Shown here: in pieces, positions 1 through 7,834 of the stretch
How the letters are laid out: each line of letters begins with the position of its first letter
Position numbering within the stretch: position 1 is the first letter of the stretch
IMG/VR virus record: IMGVR_UViG_3300037400_003531
Span: 5,532 to 69,531 of that record
Origin: a virus
Lineage: Duplodnaviria; Caudoviricetes
DNA: 64,000 nucleotides
Reading direction: 5' to 3' (one strand)
Program-made: the position numbers and the translations under genes
The notes under the pieces: model-generated
Seen by the model: only the letters and a program-made list of their open reading frames with translations
Told to the model about the DNA's origin: nothing
Databases searched by the model: none

Positions 1-1133
1 TCCACGTAAACGGGGGTCAGTTCTTTAATCTGGTCTTGCTTTTCGTATGCGTTCCCGCTAGTGCCGTCCGGAACCATGGCACCATAGTAGAAATCCGGCG
101 CTCCGCTCCGCTCAAACTTGGCCGTATACGTCCCTGCCGTCTCTGCACTAACAATTATGGGGTAGGTCTCTTTGGCTTCTTTGTCTTCTATTTTCACGCC
201 GCCTTTCCACCATCCGGCAAACTTCCATCCTCCTTTCGCGGATGCCACAAGTTTGATGTTGGCTCCATCCTCTATCTCTATGGCTTCCTCTTCTGCTATG
301 GTCGTGTTGTTCTGCTGTATCACAGCGGTTCCTGCTGTCGTATCAGAAGAATATATACCTATTATATATTTCTTGGTTATTTTGGGTCCATTGAACTCAG
401 CCATATATCTTAACGGCATGCCCTCCGCGTACGTGAACGTACAGGTCATTATCTTTTCGTCTGCCGACGTGTCTAGGGCATACACTTCTCCGTCTTCTAT
501 GGCATTGCCCTGCCCGTCTTTCCATGCGCTCGGTTTGTTGGTTACACCTGTGGCTGTCAGTGTCACAACATCACCTATTCTTATCCCTTCATTTTGCAAA
601 TCTATGAGGTCATTTTTTCGCTTAGCTGCTACGTCAACTGTTCCAGTACCTATACTGGTCCCATCTATCTGTACAACGATATGTACTTCTTCGGCAAATT
701 CTGCTGTATATGTTTTATCACTATCTACATTTATTTGTCTTGTAGGTGAGGGAATGTTATCTTCGAGCCATTGAACAAAGTATACTCTAGGTGTTCTTTC
801 TTCATTTGGAATCGCTTTTAGGGTAACTGGTGTCCCTTCTTTGACAGTTTTTGTTGTGCCGTTATCGTCTATTTTAACTACACCTAAATCTGTCCTTTCA
901 TCTTTTATTACTACTGATACTGTGTATTTTTTATCTAATAGTGATGATACGTCTAAAACATAGGTGCCATATAAAGTTAGCGTTTTGTTAGTCTCATCAA
1001 AAGATATTATATCACCTAACTCGATCTTATCATCGCCATGGGGACGCGAAACTCTAGCAACAGGTATTTGATCATGAGGATCTGCTTTTGCTAGTTTGTC
1101 AAGCTCTAATATTGTTTTACTCTTTTCAGCCAT
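1..1133 (-). CDS. Tail/head fibre or adhesin with ~3 divergent InlB B-repeat (Listeria-Bacteroides repeat-like) domains; partial, runs off the left edge
   Basis: Not in the ORF track. Translated by hand from ATG 1133 (MAEKSKTILELDKLAKADPHDQIPVARV...), open to base 3. Contains VTLKAIPNE..YFVQW..YTAEF, VTLTATG..AWKDG and IKLVASAKGGWKFAGWW..YTAKF. Lies directly downstream of the hub-like genes. Confidence 0.75.
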   Translation of the reverse strand, partial: MAEKSKTILELDKLAKADPHDQIPVARVSRPHGDDKIELGDIISFDETNKTLTLYGTYVLDVSSLLDKKYTVSVVIKDERTDLGVVKIDDNGTTKTVKEGTPVTLKAIPNEERTPRVYFVQWLEDNIPSPTRQINVDSDKTYTAEFAEEVHIVVQIDGTSIGTGTVDVAAKRKNDLIDLQNEGIRIGDVVTLTATGVTNKPSAWKDGQGNAIEDGEVYALDTSADEKIMTCTFTYAEGMPLRYMAEFNGPKITKKYIIGIYSSDTTAGTAVIQQNNTTIAEEEAIEIEDGANIKLVASAKGGWKFAGWWKGGVKIEDKEAKETYPIIVSAETAGTYTAKFERSGAPDFYYGAMVPDGTSGNAYEKQDQIKELTPVYV

Positions 1134-1145
1134 TTTATTACATTA

Positions 1146-1460
1146 TTAACTCATCAAACGAATATAGGTGCCATTGGCAGTTTTGATATTGGTTCTTCCT
1201 GCGGTCATCAATAACCCTAATGATTGTTCTACTGCTTCTTCAAAATCTTCTATATTAGCAATAAGACAAGACTTACGTCTTAGGCAATCTAGTATTGTAT
1301 TGATTTCACATGTTTCATCTTTTGTAAGGCCACTTTGCTCAAACATTTCTGCCAAAAAGGCATAAAGCGCAAGGTATCTTATCTCTACACCACTTATGGT
1401 TCCGACACTTTTCAGTGTCTTCAGATATTTCATTATCGGGTTAACGTCCATGGCACCCAC
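1146..1460 (-). CDS. crAss-like tail hub / fibre-anchoring protein (small subunit), putative
   Basis: YLKTLKSVG...INTILDCLRRKSCLI pattern resembles the small member of a conserved crAss-like gene pair; overlaps the upstream partner gene. Confidence 0.55.
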   Translation of the reverse strand: MGAMDVNPIMKYLKTLKSVGTISGVEIRYLALYAFLAEMFEQSGLTKDETCEINTILDCLRRKSCLIANIEDFEEAVEQSLGLLMTAGRTNIKTANGTYIRLMS

Positions 1461-1971
1461 ACCTCCTACTAACGTTTACATGGTTCTTATATATACTATT
1501 GATGAATTCACAAGCATCACGGTATTGCCCCAACTCTACCGCACGTGTAAATCCAAAGTAAAGCATTACCTTATCAACAACCATATCGCTGACAGACTCA
1601 CACTTGTTGCATGGCAAAAGTTCGTCTTTGATTACATTATAAACATAACGCTTTAATGCCATTAAATCATAGAATGGTATCAACTCAGTCTCTCCTGCCT
1701 GGCCATCATCTGTGTAGATATACGCAAAAAATAATGATTGGGATAATGTTAATCCATTTATCTCAATCAGATCTAAATCAATTTCGTAATTGTCTAGGGT
1801 TTGAGTCTGGCCTTCATACACGGTTATTGACCGTATGCTGGCTTCCTCTCCGCAATTGAACGTTCTACAGCTATCTATCTTGATGGCTGCAATAGTATGT
1901 CCTTCACCTGCATCAGCGGTGATATGCAGCTTCCTGTTATTAAAATCTATGTCAAACCGAGATACAGTCAT
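1441..1971 (-). CDS. crAss-like tail hub protein (large subunit), putative
   Basis: IAAIKIDSCRTF and C-terminal C-x2-C...DKVMLYFGFTRAVELGQYRDA...CGCH pattern; first gene after a boxed promoter. Confidence 0.55.
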   Translation of the reverse strand: MTVSRFDIDFNNRKLHITADAGEGHTIAAIKIDSCRTFNCGEEASIRSITVYEGQTQTLDNYEIDLDLIEINGLTLSQSLFFAYIYTDDGQAGETELIPFYDLMALKRYVYNVIKDELLPCNKCESVSDMVVDKVMLYFGFTRAVELGQYRDACEFINSIYKNHVNVSRRCGCHGR

Positions 1972-1990
1972 TTACCTTGCTATTTTATAT

Positions 1991-2044
1991 TGCAAAAATA
2001 GTAAGGTATTTTTTTTTGTCACAACCCGTAAAGGATGAAACTTT
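1991..2044 (-). promoter_or_regulatory. Boxed (putative late) promoter 1, for hub/fibre genes
   Basis: -7 box TATTTTTGCA (1991-2000) plus dyad aaaggatgaaacttt (2030-2044), 29-nt gap. Confidence 0.8.
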
Positions 2045-2059
2045 AATACTTACTTTTAA

Positions 2060-2278
2060 TTAGCGACATTGCGCATCTATATAATCATGAAGGGCTTTTT
2101 TTGAACTAAAGGCACCACCCTCTAAGATACAATTACCATCCTCTAGTCCATAAATGACCGTTAGTATGCTACATTGTATCATTCTTATATTGATTTCAAT
2201 GATTTTCGCTTCTCTAACCAATCCTTTGTCAATATAAAATATTGATTCACCTAGACCAAATTTAGTCTTTATTTCCAT
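2060..2278 (-). CDS. Small hypothetical phage protein
   Basis: 72-aa ORF, tightly packed in the replication operon. Confidence 0.7.
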   Translation of the reverse strand: MEIKTKFGLGESIFYIDKGLVREAKIIEINIRMIQCSILTVIYGLEDGNCILEGGAFSSKKALHDYIDAQCR

Positions 2279-2280
2279 CT

Positions 2281-2478
2281 TTATTCCTTTCGTTTATAAT
2301 ATGGGCATATTACTCCACATGCCTTGGGTCTGTATGGCCGGTGGGCTCTGTTCAGCACTCGGCTGCACTCTTGGTGTCTACCACCAAAATATTTGACCCA
2401 GGAGTAATTTTCACAATTTCCACAACAAGGCCTTATTTCTATTTCAGCTATGTCAAAAAGTGTGTATTGCTTACCCAT
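2281..2478 (-). CDS. Small Cys-rich hypothetical protein
   Basis: CCGNCENY...C..C pattern; operon packing. Confidence 0.6.
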   Translation of the reverse strand: MGKQYTLFDIAEIEIRPCCGNCENYSWVKYFGGRHQECSRVLNRAHRPYRPKACGVICPYYKRKE

Positions 2479-2484
2479 GATATC

Positions 2485-2688
2485 TCAGCAATTAATTTGA
2501 TAATTCTCTCCCCAGTACATCTTAAGGTCTTCACTGATGCATGTTGATGCATTAAAGTAGGACTGAAAACCACTGATTGGTTCGTTTACTTTGGCTGGTT
2601 CGGTTAGGTCAACATGCGCCATATATCTATGGCAGGTCTTTCTTACAGGACAGTTTTCTCCATTGCAATGTCTTATGTCGTGATTCAT
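2485..2688 (-). CDS. Small Cys-containing hypothetical phage protein
   Basis: DIRHCNGENCPVRKTCHRY N-terminus; operon packing. Confidence 0.7.
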   Translation of the reverse strand: MNHDIRHCNGENCPVRKTCHRYMAHVDLTEPAKVNEPISGFQSYFNASTCISEDLKMYWGENYQINC

Positions 2689-2706
2689 TTCGTTGTATTT
2701 TATATG

Positions 2707-4770
2707 TTAATATGGGCAATTAGTTTCATTAAAAAAATCAGTGTAAGGCTCTGTTCGGACTGCTTTGTTCAAACTTTCCTCCCAATTATAGTGGATGTTT
2801 TCAGCTAATGAATTCTTAAGTCGGTTACTCTCTTTCTCAAAATAGAGTTTGATAAAGTTGTCTACGGCAGAACCTTTGTCGCGCCATTTGCATATCTCTA
2901 TGCAGTTTGTACAGTTCGATTCTAGTATTTCTTGTATAGTCGGATTGGGTAGAAATTCTTTGGAGTTAATCATGAAGTCCTGATTTACTCTATGTAGTAT
3001 CAATACATTTTGCGCTAGGTCAGGTATATTGCCAGTGCCCGAAATGTTATTCATACGAAGAAAGTTTCCGGACTTATTCGGATGGGCTACCACATGTATG
3101 TGTATGTCTAGTTCCTTGGCTAGGTCTGTCAAGATGAGCATTGTCCGTTTTTGCCTTTCGTTTTTATCTCCGTCAAGGCTGTCTATATCCAATGTCATAA
3201 GGTTGTCAAACATCACAACATCGAGGTCTATCTCATTCTTCAACAAACGTATTCTATCTACTATTTGGTTAAAGTCATTACCATATTTGTTGTTGAATAT
3301 TCTCATGTGTTTGTCAATCCAAGGGTCTATCTTATCACATACCCAATCTGGTGTTTCGTAAAAACCTGACACGTTTGTTGGAACGTTGAACATCTTTCCT
3401 GCTGCTTGTAGGTACAGCCAGTTCTTTTCTTCTTCTCCATCAAGTTCGCCCGTCCAAAGTGCAGTCTTATATCCTCTCTGAGCAGCATTCAGGATGAGCA
3501 TGTTCAGCACGGTTGTCTTTGCACTGCCCCTATAGCCCGACCACACGGTGACATGCTTACGACGAAACCCAACAGTAAGCCTATCTATCTGTTCTACACC
3601 AGATGGGATATAGTTGGCTATGTCGAACTTCGGTCGCTTGATTTCCGACATACGTAACCATATAGGACCTTTTTCGTTATCTTCTACTATCGGTTCAGCT
3701 ATTGGCTTAACTTCACTCTTCATCATCACATGCTGTCGCTTATACTGATAATCACGATAGGCATTCTGATCATAGGCATCAGGCTCAAAGTGTAGCCTAA
3801 AGTCTCTCCAGGTATAGGACGAACAAGAGCTATGATAGCAAAAGAATGCTAATGCGCCATTGTCATGTTGGAACACCATACTATCCGGATCCTTATGGTT
3901 CGAGTCAAATGGGCATTCTTTGAGTATGTATCGTGTACCACCGGATATACGAACAGTTCTATATTCTATATTGTGTCTGTTCAAAAATTCTACAATATCA
4001 AATTGATTCCTACCGAAATTATTCTCCTTAGATGGTGTTGGCTTTTCGTTAGGAAAAAGGTCAGCTATCTTCTTAACATACTCTATCGAATTTGGTTCTA
4101 TCGAATCTGGTATTTTCCAAAACTTAGACAATCGCCAAGGATGCTCTTTAGTGTTCGTTCCTTTTTTTGCATATGTACCATAGAGTTTTGTAATCCTGCT
4201 TGCATTAGACACTTTCGTATCGCAATGTACCTCTTCCGTGTCAAACATCATTGCAATAGTCTTCAAAAAATGCTCCACTACGTTTTTGTTCTCTTCCGTA
4301 TTGGCCATTCGAACAGGTATCAATATATGTATTCCATTGCCTGATTTGCATACGATGAGACTTCCTAGGCCTTGTTCCAAAAGATAGTTGTACACTTTCC
4401 TTGCTACTTTGTGAGCCGCTTCTAATTGTGTTTCTGTACTACCTATCCCGGCAGGACGTTCGGGGTCAAAATCAAGCAGTATGAAGGAACGACCATTAAT
4501 GTCGTTGTCCGAAGTCTGATTCTTGGCATTCTCAATCAGCCTTTCTTTCTGTTGTCTGTCGTAACATTCTTCCTTGATGCTGTTCATCACAAAATAGATC
4601 TGCATATTGTCACGCTCCGACAAAGGCTCTATTTCTCGGATGATGTTGTCTAATGAACGGAAGTAGCCACTGTATGACCGTTTGCCTTCAAGACAGCGTA
4701 TCTCGCAAAGCTTGGCACCATTGTCCTGGAATATCTTCCACCAGGTGTATATCTGTTCTCTGTCTATCAT
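2707..4770 (-). CDS. AEP (PrimPol-type) primase - Zn finger - SF4 helicase fusion
   Basis: AEP motifs LLDFDPE, KSGNGIH, CDTKVSNASRITKLYGT; Zn site CPF..H...CYHSSC; helicase motifs VWSGYRGSAKTT, VMFDNL, VVAHPNK, ISGTG. ATG at 4770 overlaps the upstream TGA (ATGA coupling). Confidence 0.85.
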   Translation of the reverse strand: MIDREQIYTWWKIFQDNGAKLCEIRCLEGKRSYSGYFRSLDNIIREIEPLSERDNMQIYFVMNSIKEECYDRQQKERLIENAKNQTSDNDINGRSFILLDFDPERPAGIGSTETQLEAAHKVARKVYNYLLEQGLGSLIVCKSGNGIHILIPVRMANTEENKNVVEHFLKTIAMMFDTEEVHCDTKVSNASRITKLYGTYAKKGTNTKEHPWRLSKFWKIPDSIEPNSIEYVKKIADLFPNEKPTPSKENNFGRNQFDIVEFLNRHNIEYRTVRISGGTRYILKECPFDSNHKDPDSMVFQHDNGALAFFCYHSSCSSYTWRDFRLHFEPDAYDQNAYRDYQYKRQHVMMKSEVKPIAEPIVEDNEKGPIWLRMSEIKRPKFDIANYIPSGVEQIDRLTVGFRRKHVTVWSGYRGSAKTTVLNMLILNAAQRGYKTALWTGELDGEEEKNWLYLQAAGKMFNVPTNVSGFYETPDWVCDKIDPWIDKHMRIFNNKYGNDFNQIVDRIRLLKNEIDLDVVMFDNLMTLDIDSLDGDKNERQKRTMLILTDLAKELDIHIHVVAHPNKSGNFLRMNNISGTGNIPDLAQNVLILHRVNQDFMINSKEFLPNPTIQEILESNCTNCIEICKWRDKGSAVDNFIKLYFEKESNRLKNSLAENIHYNWEESLNKAVRTEPYTDFFNETNCPY

Positions 4771-5507
4771 TCTTGCCAATAATTATCTTTGTGTTCTACA
4801 TTAATTTTTTCGCCCCAACCTAACGATAGCTGGGAAGATTCTCTATTTACATCGGTTTCTTTTCTTTCCCAGGTTCTAACTGCAGCCCTCCAATCTTTCA
4901 TTGGATTTTTGCCAACTTTCCAACCAATGCTTTCGTAATAGTTCCAAAACTTTTCTGCATCAATGTGATTCCCCCTTTGATGACAATAATCTAGGATTTC
5001 TTCAATTGTTGGTTTGACAAAACTTTTTTCTTTTTTATTTGAAACTACATTAGCATCTTCTTTTTTCTTTAAAATACCTTGTTCTTTATCGTCTTCTGTT
5101 ATAAGTTGAATAGTCGGTTGTTCGTCAGTTGTTTGTAAGTTGAATATAGGGTTGTTTGTTAGTTGTTTGTTAGTTGTTTCTACTTTAGTTTGTGGCAAAT
5201 CATTGTAATATCCATATTCACAGACTGTTATTATTGTAAATCTGTTTGTGGGTTGAATAGTAATTACTTTGTCGGTTGTTAGTCTCTTCAATGCTGTCCT
5301 TATTGCATTTTGTTTGACGCCTGTTTGCTTTGAAAGTAATGATACACTTGTTGCAAAACTACCTTTCGAAATAAGATGCCCCTCAAAAAAAGTGTCATTA
5401 GTGTTTGCGTTAAGCAAACATCTTATAAGTACAGCTATGGTATTGGGGTCAGTTATCCATTTGTGGCTGTCGTATTCTCTGTTAAGTCTTACATACTCTT
5501 TTTCCAT
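4767..5507 (-). CDS. Phage replication initiator (lambda O / DnaD-like architecture)
   Basis: N-terminal wHTH (SLLSKQTGVKQNAIRTALKRL), T/N/Q-rich linker encoded by direct repeats, C-terminal FVKPTIEEILDYC..DAEKFWNYYESIGWKVGKNPMKDWRAAVRTWE. Confidence 0.85.
   Translation of the reverse strand: MEKEYVRLNREYDSHKWITDPNTIAVLIRCLLNANTNDTFFEGHLISKGSFATSVSLLSKQTGVKQNAIRTALKRLTTDKVITIQPTNRFTIITVCEYGYYNDLPQTKVETTNKQLTNNPIFNLQTTDEQPTIQLITEDDKEQGILKKKEDANVVSNKKEKSFVKPTIEEILDYCHQRGNHIDAEKFWNYYESIGWKVGKNPMKDWRAAVRTWERKETDVNRESSQLSLGWGEKINVEHKDNYWQE
5101..5180. repeat. Iteron-like direct repeats inside the initiator gene (candidate origin)
   Basis: TAAGTTGAATA x2 and AGTTGTTT x3 (plus GGTTGTT variants) within 80 bp. 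Lambdoid origins lie inside the O gene. Confidence 0.55.
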
Positions 5508-5673
5508 ATCAAGTCATTTTTGTTATTCATTAATCGTATGTCAAGTTTTTAAAGAAAGGGGCGGGTAAAACGACTTGACAAAAAAACCCTTGTCACCGGC
5601 TCATGACTTCCGATCTAGCCCCTATGACTATAAACTAATAATTAATCCTTTCGATTCTTATTCGGATACTTTT

Positions 5674-6099
5674 TCAATCTTGCAATAGCCTTTCATTCGG
5701 TTCCGGAATCGTAATCCCTAACATGTCACTCGCAAACATCCTCAGCTGCATACAATATAGGCTGAAGGTAACTGTATCCATTTCACTCGTCCTATTGGGT
5801 ATTGTCGTAATCTCACCTGTATTAGGATTTACTATATCGGTTCCGGCAAACATCACCTTGCACATTTCATGTACCTGCTCTTCTGTCGTTACATTCTCCC
5901 ATCCAGCATCAATCAGGCCATGCAGTATCCTTGGATATATCTGCCCCCACAGCCATCTGTTCTGTTGATTACTACGGCTATGGTGCATCTTCTTTATCGT
6001 AACCTTATAAAAACCATCACCCAATCCATTGAGCAACGTTTTCATAATGTTTCGACCTAGGATTCTGCCTTTCTTCTTTTCAATGATGATTGGTTCCAT
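5674..6099 (-). CDS. NinB/Orf-like (DUF1367-like) recombination accessory protein
   Basis: RSNQQNRWLWG...RTSEMDTVTFSLYC..LGITIPEP pattern. Confidence 0.65.
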   Translation of the reverse strand: MEPIIIEKKKGRILGRNIMKTLLNGLGDGFYKVTIKKMHHSRSNQQNRWLWGQIYPRILHGLIDAGWENVTTEEQVHEMCKVMFAGTDIVNPNTGEITTIPNRTSEMDTVTFSLYCMQLRMFASDMLGITIPEPNERLLQD

Positions 6100-6102
6100 T
6101 TC

Positions 6103-6357
6103 CTACTTACGTGATTTTAGTATTTCCCAAAACCTTTGGGTATTCAGAACCACTGAATGGCCCTGAATTTGTAAAGCATCACCATAAAAGCCCGATTTGT
6201 AGTTCTGCTTTATCTGATGCTTACCGATGCCAAGGAAATCTATTACATTGTCCCATCCTCCTATTATCGGATTCACATTTTTACTTTCTCTCCCTACTTC
6301 TTTCAGTGACTTTTTCAGGATCTCCAAAAACTTTTCTTCACTTTCTACTACTAACAT
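6103..6357 (-). CDS. DUF3853 / excisionase-like HTH protein (Cro position)
   Basis: IIGGWDNVIDFLGIG...YKSGFYGDALQIQGHSVVLN pattern; first gene of the operon divergent from the repressor. Confidence 0.6.
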   Translation of the reverse strand: MLVVESEEKFLEILKKSLKEVGRESKNVNPIIGGWDNVIDFLGIGKHQIKQNYKSGFYGDALQIQGHSVVLNTQRFWEILKSRK

Positions 6358-6460
6358 ATCTAGTTAAAAGTTAAAACATACATTAATATACTCTATTCCT
6401 AAAATATTTTTACCTCTTCGAATACATAATTTGTAGATAAAGGTATTTATTATATCATAT

Positions 6461-6470
6461 TGCAAAAGTA
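6461..6470 (-). promoter_or_regulatory. Host sigma-type promoter (-7 TACTTTTGCA), no dyad box; replication operon
   Basis: Matches the Bacteroidota TAnnTTTG consensus in an AT-rich intergenic region. Confidence 0.65.
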
Positions 6471-6638
6471 CAAATAAATATTGATATGTGGAGTAAAATG
6501 TTTAATAAATGTGCTATGTAATTACCTAAATCATTGAAATAAAATGTATTGTAAATTTGTTAAAAAATACAAAGGAAATGTCAATGACAAAATATAGCTA
6601 GATTAAAACTCATGTTTAACTAATTTAATCATTAAAAA

Positions 6639-7117
6639 ATGAATAAAGCTAATGATATTAATGCCTGCAAAAGGTTATTCAGAATCAAAGAAATTAAAAA
6701 GATGACTTGGCAGCAAAGGCCGATGAGATCGGTGTCAAGGAATCTACCTTACGGCAGATAAACGGCGGTAGGTTGGACCTGTCGAGAAAGATGTGCAATA
6801 AGGTTTGTGACCATTTCCAAGAATTCAACCTCGAATGGTTGCTCAACGGCAATGGCAACATGTATGTCGACGATCTTGAACCAAAGGACGAAAAGGATAA
6901 ATACTATGGATGCGGTACAAAGGCAACTGAATTTCAATCAGTTGCCTTACTTTGTAAACAGAATATAAACAGAAATGAAAAACTTCTAGTGTACCCGGAG
7001 CGAATGTTCCTTGTTCAGGTCATTATAGCCGGAGGCATGTTCATACTTGCGTGGCATCATGTCTGTGAGAATATTTGTGATGTTCCGCATCTTCTCAGGT
7101 GTAATGTCAAGCAATGA
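6639..7117 (+). pseudogene. Cro/CI-type HTH repressor split by a 1-nt deletion near 6717
   Basis: Frame from ATG 6639 gives MNKANDINACKRLFRIKEIKKMTWQQ. After CAA-AG the -1 frame gives ADEIGVKESTLRQINGG...FQEFNLEWLLNGNGNM, a typical Bacteroides HTH ending. Confidence 0.75.
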
Positions 7118-7828
7118 ATTTTGTGCCTGGGCTATGTTGGCATAATAGTCTCGTTCTGCCTTTTCATATATGTAATGGGCATCCTGGCCCAACTGGCCTG
7201 TGTCTAACAGATCCGTATACCATTTGTATTTGATATAAGACTTCAAAGCCCTCAGAAAAGAAGCGTTATTAACTATCATAGGAAAACCATCTTCGTCAGA
7301 CGCTATTTCACGATAGGCTATACGTATGTAACCTTCCGGAATGGACGTTATGATGATATTACCTTGTACTTTATATGTCAGGTCCGCACCAGGATGAAAG
7401 TTGGCATCTATAAATGTAGATGTGGTTTCTTTGAACATGGGACTATTAGGACGGCGATGCTGAGGCACAATGGCTACCTGCTGGGAACCTATCCTTCGTG
7501 TGACAGTAACGGCTTCCGTATTATCTCCTCTTTCATATTCTGTAGTATGTGTTTGCTCTATTACCCTCATTGGGCTAGCCATTCTATCACCATGGCATAA
7601 CCTTTCAAGCCTGATTTGTCGAAGTTCATAAAAATTACATGGCAGCTCAACACGGTGTTCATGTACCTCCAACACTTCTTCCTTGTCAAGAAATAGAAGC
7701 GGACAACCTGTTATCTGCATAAGCTCTAGTGTAAGGCTTATCAACATTTCAAATGGCATGTCGCGCATCTTCTCTTTACTATAAACGTCTGCAGCTACAC
7801 TTTTCAATGATATGAAATTCTTATCCAT
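6986..7828 (-). CDS. crAss-like tail tubular / ring protein (portal-proximal ring candidate)
   Basis: FLDKEEVLEVHEHRVELPCNFY and GYIRIAYREIASDEDGFPMI..RALKSYIK motifs; follows the portal gene. Confidence 0.7.
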   Translation of the reverse strand: MDKNFISLKSVAADVYSKEKMRDMPFEMLISLTLELMQITGCPLLFLDKEEVLEVHEHRVELPCNFYELRQIRLERLCHGDRMASPMRVIEQTHTTEYERGDNTEAVTVTRRIGSQQVAIVPQHRRPNSPMFKETTSTFIDANFHPGADLTYKVQGNIIITSIPEGYIRIAYREIASDEDGFPMIVNNASFLRALKSYIKYKWYTDLLDTGQLGQDAHYIYEKAERDYYANIAQAQNSLLDITPEKMRNITNILTDMMPRKYEHASGYNDLNKEHSLRVH

Positions 7829-7834
7829 ATGTTG

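Noticed and set aside
36-774. + strand ORFs 36-413 and 172-774, and the many other short antisense ORFs in the track
   Set aside because: They are shadows of minus-strand genes; the strand skew removes antisense stop codons.
5558-5622. tmRNA or tRNA-Ala suggested by GGGGC...GCCCC
   Set aside because: Too short, with no T-loop, CCA or tag ORF.
6693-6701. Programmed -1 frameshift at T-AAA-AAG producing the repressor
   Set aside because: The heptamer is not A-AAA-AAG, and shifting there gives KDDLAAKADE, a worse HTH helix than MTWQQ(M)ADE. A deletion at about 6717 fits better.
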